Below are positions 40,437-49,798 of a DNA stretch of 64,000 bases, piece after piece; within the stretch, counting starts at the first letter, position 1; the number at the start of each line of letters is the position of its first letter. A model generated the notes under the pieces. That model was not told where the DNA came from. It saw only the letters and a program-made list of their open reading frames with translations, and ran no database searches. The DNA is from Candidatus Moraniibacteriota bacterium (GTDB lineage Bacteria > Patescibacteriota > Minisyncoccia > Moranbacterales > UBA2206). The DNA lies in the NCBI GenBank assembly GCA_030679995.1, contig JAUXSK010000006.1, positions 10,328 through 74,327 on the forward strand. Direction: 5' to 3'. Position numbers and translations under genes: made by a program.

Positions 40437-40745
40437 ATGGGTACCAATAACCATCGCAGCGGCGGAAAAATCGGTGGCCGGCATACGACAGTGATCGACG
40501 CGGCCCGGCCGGTCGTTGATTTCCTCCTAAAAAACCCTGCTGTGGCGAGCATCGCGGTGGGACACATCAAGATGGGAATCGGAACCGGTCCGCAGAGGAT
40601 GAAAATAAAGGAGGAAACCGGCTGCCTGCTGGTTAAAATCCGTGGTAGCGCCAGCATCCAGGAAATCCGCGTTTTTGCAAAAAACTTAAAAGGGATTAAA
40701 AAAGATTTAGAGGAAAAATTCAAAAACCTAGCATTTACCCCCTAG
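40437..40745 (+). CDS. DUF2103-like protein
   Basis: KIGGRHTTVI...G.I...QEIRV pattern. Confidence 0.55.
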   Translation: MGTNNHRSGGKIGGRHTTVIDAARPVVDFLLKNPAVASIAVGHIKMGIGTGPQRMKIKEETGCLLVKIRGSASIQEIRVFAKNLKGIKKDLEEKFKNLAFTP

Positions 40746-40922
40746 AAGCCCGGCAAAACGAAATTTTTTCAAACAGCCCTTGTAATATTCAGCACCCAAA
40801 GGCCGGGGGAATGCCAGATATCAAATTTTTTGGTTATGAGGGTGATATTATCGGAAAATTCGTCGTCTGCTAATCCATCCGGCCGACTAAAATCAACCTT
40901 ATTTCAATACCCAGACACTAAA

Positions 40923-40948
40923 AAAAGCCCCGTGAAAACGGGGCTTTT
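40923..40948. terminator. bidirectional intrinsic terminator
   Basis: aaaagccccgt-gaaa-acggggctttt. Confidence 0.75.
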
Positions 40949-40960
40949 ATGTTTGGCAAG

Positions 40961-42085
40961 CTATTTCTTTTTTACGGCTAGGGTTTTAGTTTCCTTGTCT
41001 ACCACCTTGGCTTTTTCGATTTCCGTCTTAGCTTCAAAAGGCAGGATGCCCAGGATTTGCTTGAGGGCGATGCCATCAACTTTTAGTATCGACTCCCATT
41101 TATCGAGCGGTTCAAGGATTTCACGGATCTTTTTTTCATCGTATTTATAGGTTTTGCGCAAAGACCGGGCGATGATGCCTTGCGAGCCGAAAACCCGTTC
41201 GACGCCTTCCTGATCCATGTATTGCAGGATTTTCTCTTGGATTTCCGCCAAACGGTCTTTGGTGATGGAGATGGCTGATTTAAGTTCGACATATTCATTG
41301 ATGGCGGAATCGACTTCTTCCGTATCTATTTTCCGCAATTCCTTGAATTTATGCCGCCACATCGGACAGATATTCTGGTAGCCACACCAATCGCAAAGCG
41401 GAGTGATGTTGGGCTCGAACCTGCCTTCTTCGATCAACTTGATGACATCCAGAAAAAGCTGTTCGCTTTTTTTAAGCTGCTCCACAGTGCGGGTAGCGGA
41501 AAGTTTCACGCCATGCTTGAGATAGTAGAGGCTGACTTTCAATTTATCGATGTTTTCGATTTCCTTGGGATAGCGCGAGAGGAAAGCCTGCAGATAAACG
41601 GAAAGCTGCAAATCGTTATTGACCTTTTCTTGGGAAGGCATTTTCTTGGTGGTTTTGTAATCGATGATTTCATAGCCGTCATCGGTCTTGTCGATGCGGT
41701 CGATGATACCGGAAATTATATGTTTATTATCAGCGGTCCCGATCTCAATTTGAAAACGCGATTCCAAATCGACGATATTGAAATTGGCCGGATTATTTTT
41801 TTGATAGTAATCCTGGATGATCCGCACGCCCTGCGAGAAAGCAGCACGCTCTTCGTCCGCACTGTCAAAAACCGCCGGGTTCCAGGAATTAGAAAAATGT
41901 TCCATCGCCTGGTCAAGGGTAGGGGAGAGGATACCGGGCGTATGGATGAATTTCATCGTTTCATGGACCGTTGAACCGAAAACCGCCTCCTTGGATTTGG
42001 GAGTTTTGATGTGGTCGATGTTTTGGAATTTATATTTCAGCGAACAATTTTGGTAAGTATCGAACGCCGAGTAGGATATTCTCAT
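40961..42085 (-). CDS. PD-(D/E)XK RecB/AddB/Cas4-like nuclease with 4Fe-4S motif and C-terminal coiled extension
   Basis: SYS...C..KY, G...H, GIIDRID, IIDYKT, QL..Y, CDWCGYQNIC. Confidence 0.85.
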   Translation of the reverse strand: MRISYSAFDTYQNCSLKYKFQNIDHIKTPKSKEAVFGSTVHETMKFIHTPGILSPTLDQAMEHFSNSWNPAVFDSADEERAAFSQGVRIIQDYYQKNNPANFNIVDLESRFQIEIGTADNKHIISGIIDRIDKTDDGYEIIDYKTTKKMPSQEKVNNDLQLSVYLQAFLSRYPKEIENIDKLKVSLYYLKHGVKLSATRTVEQLKKSEQLFLDVIKLIEEGRFEPNITPLCDWCGYQNICPMWRHKFKELRKIDTEEVDSAINEYVELKSAISITKDRLAEIQEKILQYMDQEGVERVFGSQGIIARSLRKTYKYDEKKIREILEPLDKWESILKVDGIALKQILGILPFEAKTEIEKAKVVDKETKTLAVKKK

Positions 42086-42154
42086 AGATTATAACTTAAT
42101 TGTAATCCAGGGCGGCGGAGCGGTCAAACCGGAAAAAACCGGCGCAAAAAAATA

Positions 42155-42185
42155 AGCGCCTGGACAACAAGTGTCCAAGGCGCTT
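42155..42185 (-). terminator. intrinsic terminator hairpin
   Basis: agcgcctggaca/tgtccaaggcgct stem followed by a T-run on the minus strand. Confidence 0.5.
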
Positions 42186-42205
42186 TCTCCGGAATGGGAA
42201 TAGCT

Positions 42206-42415
42206 TCATTCCCTATTAGGCCTCCGGAGGAAATCGTGCAGGAGCTTCAGTACTTGGCCGAGCGCCAAAGCTCCTACCGTGACCGGCAAATAGAATTTGT
42301 CGACTACGGCAATGATTGTTCCGGCGATTATAATGATAATCGCCAAAACAACTAGCCAATTTTCCCGGAGTCCCTGTAAGAACAGGGCCCCGGTCATTCT
42401 TTTCTGTTTCTTCAT
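42206..42415 (-). CDS. small two-TM hypothetical protein
   Basis: 69 aa hydrophobic ORF with GGAGG upstream and a terminator downstream. Confidence 0.55.
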   Translation of the reverse strand: MKKQKRMTGALFLQGLRENWLVVLAIIIIIAGTIIAVVDKFYLPVTVGALALGQVLKLLHDFLRRPNRE

Positions 42416-42594
42416 TTTTCCCCGCCTCCCCGGGTTTATTTTTTTTGAATTTTCATTTGGTGGTACGTTTTGTTATATCAGATAAATCTGGAAAAGTCAA
42501 GAAATCCCTCCCGATAAGCCCTGTTTTACGCCCAAGATGACAAAATCCTTGTTTATGGTAAAATAAAGGTATATTAAAAATAACAAAAAAAACG

Positions 42595-42717
42595 ATGTTC
42601 AAAGACGTAAAAAATCCGAAATCCGATGAAGCGCTCAAATTCGCCTTTACGATCATCGCCTCGGTATTTTTGATAATCACTATCGCCATTTCCTACGAAA
42701 TAACGCAGTGGATATAG
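42595..42717 (+). CDS. 40-aa single-TM small protein (not in ORF track)
   Basis: ATG..TAG ORF MFKDVKNPKSDEALKFAFTIIASVFLIITIAISYEITQWI, with an A-rich leader and TGgTAAAAT upstream. Confidence 0.45.
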   Translation: MFKDVKNPKSDEALKFAFTIIASVFLIITIAISYEITQWI

Positions 42718-42752
42718 GAATGATCCGGAATCCGAGCAAAAAAACAAAAGAC

Positions 42753-42801
42753 TTGACGCGGTTCAAGTTTTTTTGTAATATTAAAGCATACTAAATTAGT
42801 A
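42753..42801 (+). promoter_or_regulatory. promoter (TTGACG-17-TAATAT) and putative Rrf2/IscR operator TACTAAATTAGTA
   Basis: Consensus spacing; palindrome near the predicted start site upstream of the Rrf2 gene. Confidence 0.5.
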
Positions 42802-42813
42802 GGATATCGGATT

Positions 42814-43203
42814 ATGAAATTTTCCAGCAAAGCCGAATACGGCCTCAAAGCTATGGTCAATCTGGCCAAAGATGAAACCCGGACCAAAAATATCAAACTG
42901 ATCGCCAAGGAAGAAACGATTTCCATCAAATATTTGGAACGGCTTTTGAACGATTTGCGCAAGTGCGACCTAGTTGAAAGCTTCAAGGGCGTCAATGGGG
43001 GATATGCATTGAAAAGACCCGCCAAAAAAATCAGCGTGGCCGATGTTGTCATCGCCTTGGAGGGACCGATCGCGCCGATGAAATGCGTCGGCAAAACCTG
43101 CCGGATGGAACACCAATGTTCCTCGAAAATCGTCTGGCAGATCCTCGGCACGCAGATTGAAAAAACATTGTCCCACATAAAATTAAGCGATCTAAATAAA
43201 TAA
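42814..43203 (+). CDS. iscR: Rrf2-family transcriptional regulator (IscR-like)
   Basis: YGL.AM, YLE.L, G..GGY.L and three C-terminal Cys; precedes iscS-iscU. Confidence 0.8.
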   Translation: MKFSSKAEYGLKAMVNLAKDETRTKNIKLIAKEETISIKYLERLLNDLRKCDLVESFKGVNGGYALKRPAKKISVADVVIALEGPIAPMKCVGKTCRMEHQCSSKIVWQILGTQIEKTLSHIKLSDLNK

Positions 43204-43212
43204 AATAAAATT

Positions 43213-44445
43213 ATGCCGAACAAAAAAATATATCTAGACTATGCGGCTACTACGCCCGTCGATAAGGAAGTTCTAGGAGAGATGTTGCCGTATTTTTCGG
43301 AAAAATTCGGCAACGCGATGTCGATCCATTCTTTCGGGCAAGAGGCCTTGCAAGCCGTCGACTCGGCCCGCGGAAAAATCGCCGATTTCTTCGGATGCGC
43401 GCCGACTGAAATAGTCTTCACTAGTGGCGCGACCGAATCGAACAACCTGACGGTCAAGGGCGTCTTGAAATCATATTATTCCAAAGCGGAAAACCGCGGC
43501 AAGAAACCCCACATCATCACATCCGAATTTGAACATCATTGCATCCTGGATTCGTGCAAGGCGGTGGAAAAAGACGGACTGGCCGACGTGTCCTATATCA
43601 AACCCGGTAAAGACGGTGTGGTGAAGGTTTCCGAGATCGCAAAAGCTATCCGGCCGAACACGGTTTTGATTTCCATAATGTATGTCAACAACGAAATCGG
43701 CACGGTGCAACCGATCGGAAAAATCGCCAAACTAGTCAAGAAAACCAACAAAAACAAGATGGAAAATGAATTCAAAACCGTTTTCCACACCGATGCGACG
43801 CAAGCCGTCAATTATTTCGACTGCGACGTGGAAAGATTGGGCGTGGATTTGCTTTCGATGTCGGCGCATAAGGTTTACGGACCGAAAGGTATTGGGATGT
43901 TGTATGTCAGGAAGGGGACCGCGATCCGGAAGATCCAAGACGGAGGCGACCAAGAATACAAGATGCGCGCCGGCACGCATAATGTCACCGGCATCGTCGG
44001 CTTCGGAAAAGCGATCGAGATTTTGAAAAAAAATATGCCGGATAATACAAAGAAGATCCAGGACTTGCGCGATTACCTGATCGGCAAGGTCTTGGGTGAA
44101 ATCCCGAACGCCAGACTTAATGGATCAAAAATACGGCGCTCTCCCAACAATGCCAATTTTTCATTCAGAGATATCGAAGGGGAGGGATTACTGCTGTCGC
44201 TGGATATGGAAGGCATCGCTTGCTCGACCGGTTCCGCTTGTTCATCCGGCGCGCTTTCACCTTCGCACGTCCTCCTGTCGATCGGTTTGAAGGCCGAACA
44301 GGCGCACGGATCATTGCGGATGACATTGGGAAAATATACGACTAAAAATGAGATTGATCTAGCGGTAAAAAAATTGAAGATCGTCGCCGAAAGATTGCGG
44401 AAAATTTCCGGATCAGTCCTGGCGGATTACTATTCTAAAAAATAA
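43213..44445 (+). CDS. iscS: cysteine desulfurase
   Basis: YLDYAATTP, FTSGATE, NNEIG, SAHKVYGPKG, STGSACSSG. Confidence 0.95.
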   Translation: MPNKKIYLDYAATTPVDKEVLGEMLPYFSEKFGNAMSIHSFGQEALQAVDSARGKIADFFGCAPTEIVFTSGATESNNLTVKGVLKSYYSKAENRGKKPHIITSEFEHHCILDSCKAVEKDGLADVSYIKPGKDGVVKVSEIAKAIRPNTVLISIMYVNNEIGTVQPIGKIAKLVKKTNKNKMENEFKTVFHTDATQAVNYFDCDVERLGVDLLSMSAHKVYGPKGIGMLYVRKGTAIRKIQDGGDQEYKMRAGTHNVTGIVGFGKAIEILKKNMPDNTKKIQDLRDYLIGKVLGEIPNARLNGSKIRRSPNNANFSFRDIEGEGLLLSLDMEGIACSTGSACSSGALSPSHVLLSIGLKAEQAHGSLRMTLGKYTTKNEIDLAVKKLKIVAERLRKISGSVLADYYSKK

Positions 44446-44529
44446 TTTAACTAAATGATATGTGTAACGCGATATCATCGGTTCGTAGATTCGAATCATA
44501 TTCGTAGTTTCGCATCGGTATAAAAAAAT

Positions 44530-44916
44530 ATGCAATATTCAAAAAAAGTTTTAGAACATTTTACGCGGCCGCACAACCAAGGCTTGATTAAGAATGCTTC
44601 TGGCGTCGGTATGGTCGGCAATCCGGTTTGCGGAGACTTGATGAAAATATATATAAAAGTCAAAAAAGATAAGCAGCGGGGAGAGGTGATCAACAAAATC
44701 AGCTTTGAAACGCTGGGTTGCGCCTCAGCTATCGCGACTTCTTCGATGATAACCGACCTAGCCAAAGACAAAACGCTTGAGGAAGCGATGAAAATAACCC
44801 GGCAAGACGTGGCTGACGCGCTGGAAGGCCTTCCGCCGATCAAAATGCATTGTTCGAATCTGGCCGATGAAGCCTTGCATGAAGCCATCAAAGATTATCA
44901 AAATAAGCGTAAATAA
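44530..44916 (+). CDS. iscU: Fe-S scaffold protein IscU/NifU
   Basis: HF..P.N.G, GNPVCGD, GCASAIA, LPPIKMHCS. Confidence 0.95.
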   Translation: MQYSKKVLEHFTRPHNQGLIKNASGVGMVGNPVCGDLMKIYIKVKKDKQRGEVINKISFETLGCASAIATSSMITDLAKDKTLEEAMKITRQDVADALEGLPPIKMHCSNLADEALHEAIKDYQNKRK

Positions 44917-44974
44917 CAATCCGGCTCGGGGATTTGGCGGAAGTCAAAACCCAGCGCCGAAAAAAACTACGACT

Positions 44975-45532
44975 ATGGCGTATCGGATCACACCTAATTT
45001 GATTTTCCCAATCGGAAATTTCAAAAACATCTCTTCGGGATTCGGAGAGATGAATGTGTATGATAAGACATTATGGGGCAAGCATCTAGGTATCGACATA
45101 TCCGCTCCGCATGATACTAGGGTTTTTTCGGCTGGACGAGGCGTAGTCGTATATTCAAGGCTGCATCCAGGAGAATTCTCCGAAGATGGCCGGGTTGAAA
45201 AAAGGAATTGGGGCGGAATCGTGATTATCGCCCATAAAAAACCGGCATCTAAAGCAATTTTCTACTCATTGTATGGCCATCTGGGCAAACGCTACGTCAA
45301 AAGAGGCGATACGATCGAGATGGGTGGAATAATCGGTACGATCGGAAAGGCTATGAGTGAGTCAAATGGAGCCTGGGAGGAAGAACATTTGCATTTTGGA
45401 ATATATACCGGGCCATACTATGGGAAGGTATTGCCAGGTTATTATAAGGAGAATGGCTTGACGGAGGCGGAGTATTGGAAAGAGCCGGTCAGTTTTATTA
45501 AAAATTATAATGCCAAAAATGCCCTTATTTAA
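44975..45532 (+). CDS. M23 family metallopeptidase
   Basis: HLGID, YGHL and HLHFG motifs. Confidence 0.8.
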   Translation: MAYRITPNLIFPIGNFKNISSGFGEMNVYDKTLWGKHLGIDISAPHDTRVFSAGRGVVVYSRLHPGEFSEDGRVEKRNWGGIVIIAHKKPASKAIFYSLYGHLGKRYVKRGDTIEMGGIIGTIGKAMSESNGAWEEEHLHFGIYTGPYYGKVLPGYYKENGLTEAEYWKEPVSFIKNYNAKNALI

Positions 45533-45881
45533 AGAGGAAAGAGCGCTATTTTGGAATATGGACAGTGTCGCACATCATTTCTTTTGCGACATTGCATTGA
45601 TTTTAAAACATCTTTAATCTATCCGCATAGTATCATCAGATACAAATAAACAATCTCTATACCTCCTCTTAGCTGACAGTATTGCTGATTGATAAATCGA
45701 TATTTTTAAAAATAAATTTTTCACATAAATCATTTCACCTCAATCAATCAATCACTTGTTTGTAATAGATCCTTGACCGTGGCCTGATTAACTGGCTATG
45801 CATGGATACATCTATGTATGCCGGATCGCCCAAAAACCGTTTCAATTCGCACCTTCTGGACCTCTCCCCTTGCGAATCAAA

Positions 45882-45908
45882 AAAAACGACCTATTGATGG
45901 TCGTTTTT
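45882..45908. terminator. intrinsic terminator
   Basis: aaaaacgacc-tattgat-ggtcgttttt downstream of the minus-strand M23 gene. Confidence 0.65.
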
Positions 45909-45929
45909 ATATTTATACGCAAAAAAATA

Positions 45930-47159
45930 TTATAAATATTTTTTTGGATTAACCGGAGCACCGGTCGGAATCATCAACCCATTAACATAGGAAGACTCGA
46001 CGGTCTTAAAAGTTTCCGACGCGAAAACTGAAAAATGTAGATGCGGACCGGTTGAATTTCCGGTATTTCCGCTTACACCAATTTCTTCTCCTTCTTTGAC
46101 CTTCTCACCCCTGGAAACATTTTTTTTACTCAAATGTCCATATAAAGTCACTAGGCCATCCCCATGATCAATCGCAAGCCATCTGCCATACGCATATTTG
46201 CCATTATCACCAGAACCGACTACCCTGCCGCTTCTAGCAGCAAAAACATTACTATATTTGATTCCGAAATCTACGCCGTTGTGGAAATTATTCTTGTATA
46301 TTCCGGATGTCTTAGCGAAGCTTGTCTTGCCATAGCCTTGGGTGAATATATGCGGATTGACCGGCCAAGTGAAATAGCCGTCTTTGTCGGGTGGCAGATT
46401 GGCCATATTTACCGAGCTTGAAAGCCCCTCCTCCAAGTCATTGATTTCATCTTCGATATTCGCCAGGAGCTCTTTATACTTGGATATTTCGGCCTGTGTC
46501 TGCCCAAGTAAATTTTGCTTTTGGTTTTCGCTGTATTGTAAATTTAAATTTTTATCCTCCAATTCGCTTTTCAAATCTTCGCTTTCCCGCTTCTTAATAT
46601 TCAGGTCGTCATATTCGCCCTGCAGGGAATCTTTCGTTTCACGGATAGTTTTCAGAACCTCACTTACGCGGCTACTGGATTGCTCAATGTGGTCTGATTG
46701 GCTGAAAATATCAGAAAAATCCTGATTGATCAGGACGATATTCAAAAGCCCGCCTTGATTGTATTCATAATATGATTGGATCAGCTTGCTCAAAACCACT
46801 TGTTGATATTTCAATAAGTCTTCCTTGTCCTTGATTTCCCGTTCCAAATCAGCCACTTGTTGCGCAAGACTCTGCGCCTTTTCCTTGGTTTTTAGCAATT
46901 CGGCTTGATTTTTTTGTTGCTGTGCATCGATAAATGACAGTTGACTTTGAATCGTCAACTGGGTCTTATTCTTAATATCGATTAATTTTTGAGTATCCTT
47001 GCGCTCCTTTTCTAAACATTCGACCCTATCATTCGCCGAGTCACAACTAGTGGCGCCATAAATTTTATCAATGGACAAAAAAAGCGATGCGCTGAAGATT
47101 GCTATCAACGCAGTGATCTTTTTGGATATATTTTTTTTTACATTCTGTTTTTTTAGCAT
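45930..47159 (-). CDS. coiled-coil M23 peptidase (EnvC/MepM-like)
   Basis: Signal peptide, long coiled coil, HNGVD, YGHL, STGPHLHF. Confidence 0.88.
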   Translation of the reverse strand: MLKKQNVKKNISKKITALIAIFSASLFLSIDKIYGATSCDSANDRVECLEKERKDTQKLIDIKNKTQLTIQSQLSFIDAQQQKNQAELLKTKEKAQSLAQQVADLEREIKDKEDLLKYQQVVLSKLIQSYYEYNQGGLLNIVLINQDFSDIFSQSDHIEQSSSRVSEVLKTIRETKDSLQGEYDDLNIKKRESEDLKSELEDKNLNLQYSENQKQNLLGQTQAEISKYKELLANIEDEINDLEEGLSSSVNMANLPPDKDGYFTWPVNPHIFTQGYGKTSFAKTSGIYKNNFHNGVDFGIKYSNVFAARSGRVVGSGDNGKYAYGRWLAIDHGDGLVTLYGHLSKKNVSRGEKVKEGEEIGVSGNTGNSTGPHLHFSVFASETFKTVESSYVNGLMIPTGAPVNPKKYL

Positions 47160-47233
47160 GGAACACGCATTATTCTAATATTTCCAACCTGATAAGCATA
47201 CCGCATTATAACATAAAAACGCTTATATTTGAA

Positions 47234-48727
47234 TCAAATCCTATCTATGGCGCCTCTTAGCCTATTCAGGCTTTCTTGCTTGCCCAAAACCCAAGCTAGC
47301 TCCATCGGCGAAGGGGATTTCTGCGCGCCGGAAAGCGCTACGCGAAGCGGCCAAAGCAAATCGCCTTTTTTATCTCCCGCCGCCGCGAAAAGTTTTTCTT
47401 CGATATTCTTCGTTTCCCAACCGTCTGCGCCTATTCCGGACAACACTGCTATCGATTTTTCCAAAGATTCCTTCAAAGCTTCGTCGGACATATCCTTCCA
47501 GCGCAACATATCCTTTCCGTATTCGATATCAGTGAAAAAGAATTTGTTATTCTCCCCCACTTCGGACAATTTCACCAGCCGTTCCTGTTCCACGGTCAAA
47601 ACTTTTTTTAAGTATTCTTCAGTTTTCATATTTTCCGGCGCGTTCAAATAAAAATCCTTCTGCGCTAAAAATTCCAGGGATTTTCCATATAACTCATCTG
47701 CGGATAATTTCTTGATGTATTGCGCATTGATCCAATCCAGCCTTTTCAGATCGAACACGGCTCCGGCCTTGTGCACGCGCTTCAGATCGAAAACCTGTTC
47801 CAATTCCCGCAAAGAGAAAATCTCCTGCGTACTGCCCTCCCCCATATTCCAGCCCAAAAGCACGACGAAATTGATGATCGCCTCCTTGAGATAACCGTTT
47901 TTGATATAATCTTCCACGGCCACGTCACCCTGCCGCTTAGAAAGTTTGGTTTTGTCCGGATTGAGCAGGAGCGGCAAATGCGCGAATTCCGGCGCGTTCC
48001 AACCGAAATTTTGATATAGCTGGATATACTTGGGCGTGCTGGAAATGAATTCCTCCCCGCGAAGGATATGTGATATTCCCATCAGATGGTCGTCGACCAC
48101 GTTGGCGAAATTATACGTCGGATAGCCGTCCGACTTCATCAGGATCTGGTCATCCAAGAGTTCGTTTTTGAATTCGATTTCCCCGCGGATCAAATCTTTG
48201 TATTTCGTGATTCCTGCAGTGTTTATTTTCTGACGGATAACATATTTTTCACCCTTGGCGATTTTTTCCTGGATTTCTTCCGGAGCCAATTTCAAGCAGG
48301 TCCGATCATACATCGGAGCCTGTTTGTTCGCGGTTTGTTCTTGCCGCTTTTTCTCCAATGTCTCTTCATCGCAAAAACAATAGTAAGCCGTCCCGCTTTC
48401 AACCAATTGCTGGGCGCATTTCCCGTATATTTCCAACCTTTCCGATTGGATATATGGTCCGTAATCCCCTTTCTGGAAAAACTTCCCGTCACCATCCATA
48501 TAAACCCCTTCGACATAATCGAGCCCGGCCCAATTGATAATTTTGATGAGTTTCTCCAAGGCATCCGGAACATAACGTTTCTTGTCCGTGTCTTCGATGC
48601 GCAACAGAAAATCCCCGCCATTTCTCTTAGCGAAAAGATAGGCGTACAGGGCGGTCCGGAAATTTCCCACATGCATATATCCGGTCGGCGACGGTGCGAA
48701 TCTGGTTCTGATCTTATTTTCTAGCAT
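47234..48727 (-). CDS. gltX: glutamate--tRNA ligase
   Basis: RFAPSPTG.MHVG, LRIEDTD, KLSKR. Confidence 0.97.
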   Translation of the reverse strand: MLENKIRTRFAPSPTGYMHVGNFRTALYAYLFAKRNGGDFLLRIEDTDKKRYVPDALEKLIKIINWAGLDYVEGVYMDGDGKFFQKGDYGPYIQSERLEIYGKCAQQLVESGTAYYCFCDEETLEKKRQEQTANKQAPMYDRTCLKLAPEEIQEKIAKGEKYVIRQKINTAGITKYKDLIRGEIEFKNELLDDQILMKSDGYPTYNFANVVDDHLMGISHILRGEEFISSTPKYIQLYQNFGWNAPEFAHLPLLLNPDKTKLSKRQGDVAVEDYIKNGYLKEAIINFVVLLGWNMGEGSTQEIFSLRELEQVFDLKRVHKAGAVFDLKRLDWINAQYIKKLSADELYGKSLEFLAQKDFYLNAPENMKTEEYLKKVLTVEQERLVKLSEVGENNKFFFTDIEYGKDMLRWKDMSDEALKESLEKSIAVLSGIGADGWETKNIEEKLFAAAGDKKGDLLWPLRVALSGAQKSPSPMELAWVLGKQESLNRLRGAIDRI

Positions 48728-48733
48728 AATATT

Positions 48734-49201
48734 TTATTTCACTTGATTATTTATCATCTCCAAAACGGCTTGGGCCGCTTCGGCGCCTTTATTGTGCCGG
48801 CCGCTGGAACGTTCCTGGGCTTGTTTCAAATTGACGGTCGTGATTATGCCTAATCCGATCGGCAAATCGGTTTTAAGCATCACGTCCATCACCCCATGGA
48901 TCGATCCATCGGATACGTAATGATAATGATCCGTGTCGCCCTTGATAACACAACCAAGCGCGACCAGGCCGTCATATTTTTTCGTCTGGGCCAGCCTCTG
49001 ACAAGCCAATGGGATTTCAAACGCTCCCGGAACCCAAACGGTCTGGATGTTTTTTTCCAGAACGCCGTTTTTTCGCAAAGTCTCAACCGCGCCCACAAAC
49101 ATTTTTCCGGTAATATCCGGATTGAATTTTGAAACTACGATCGCGATTTTTAATTTTTTACCATCGATTATACCCGCTATCGCGTTTTGTTTCCTGTCCA
49201 T
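48734..49201 (-). CDS. ribH: 6,7-dimethyl-8-ribityllumazine synthase
   Basis: VSKFN, VPGAFEIP, LGCVIKGDTDH, NKGAEAA. Confidence 0.95.
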   Translation of the reverse strand: MDRKQNAIAGIIDGKKLKIAIVVSKFNPDITGKMFVGAVETLRKNGVLEKNIQTVWVPGAFEIPLACQRLAQTKKYDGLVALGCVIKGDTDHYHYVSDGSIHGVMDVMLKTDLPIGLGIITTVNLKQAQERSSGRHNKGAEAAQAVLEMINNQVK

Positions 49202-49202
49202 A

Positions 49203-49787
49203 TTATTTTCTTAACAATTTATCGATATATTTCGCTAAAACATCCGTTTCGACGTTAGTCCTATCCCCCACCTTGAGCATCCCGAGATTGGTATTGTCCA
49301 AAGTATAACCGACCAATGACACGCTGAACCAATCTTTGCCGGTAGACACGACCGTAAGACTCGTGCCATTTACCGTCACCGATCCCTTGTCCGCGACCAA
49401 GCGCATAAATTTGGCTGGGATTTTTATTTTTATAACTTTTGATTCTTGAACTTTTTTGATTTCCATGATTTTTCCGGTCGTGTCCACGTGGCCTTGGACC
49501 AGATGCCCGTCCAGCATATCATTGAGCTTTAAGCTTTTTTCCAAATTCACCGGGACCTCTTCGGTGAAATTTCCGACAGTGGTCTTTTTGATCGTTTCGG
49601 GCATATATTCCACCACGAAATTATTTTTAAAAATATCCTTGACCGTAGAGCAGATGCCATCGATCGCGATACTCTCCCCTTTCTGAATTTTCCAGCCAGC
49701 CGGGATTTTTACGGATACGAAAAGACTGCCATTTTTTTGAGAGACCTTTTCGATAACGGATAATTTTTTTATGATGCCAGTGAACAT
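49203..49787 (-). CDS. ribE: riboflavin synthase (alpha chain)
   Basis: MFTGII, GESIAIDGIC, GHLVQGHVD, NVETD. Confidence 0.95.
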   Translation of the reverse strand: MFTGIIKKLSVIEKVSQKNGSLFVSVKIPAGWKIQKGESIAIDGICSTVKDIFKNNFVVEYMPETIKKTTVGNFTEEVPVNLEKSLKLNDMLDGHLVQGHVDTTGKIMEIKKVQESKVIKIKIPAKFMRLVADKGSVTVNGTSLTVVSTGKDWFSVSLVGYTLDNTNLGMLKVGDRTNVETDVLAKYIDKLLRK

Positions 49788-49798
49788 ATCTTTTGAAA

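Noticed and set aside
40961-42085. CRISPR-Cas locus (Cas4)
   Set aside because: No repeat-spacer array and no other cas genes were seen in the window.
44484-44520. Short direct repeat ttcgtag(a/t)ttcg between iscS and iscU
   Set aside because: Only two imperfect copies, not enough to call an element.
48086-48724. Long antisense ORFs (212 aa opposite gltX; likewise opposite ctpA, pyrG and the nuclease)
   Set aside because: These are shadow ORFs of well-conserved genes with no recognisable motifs.
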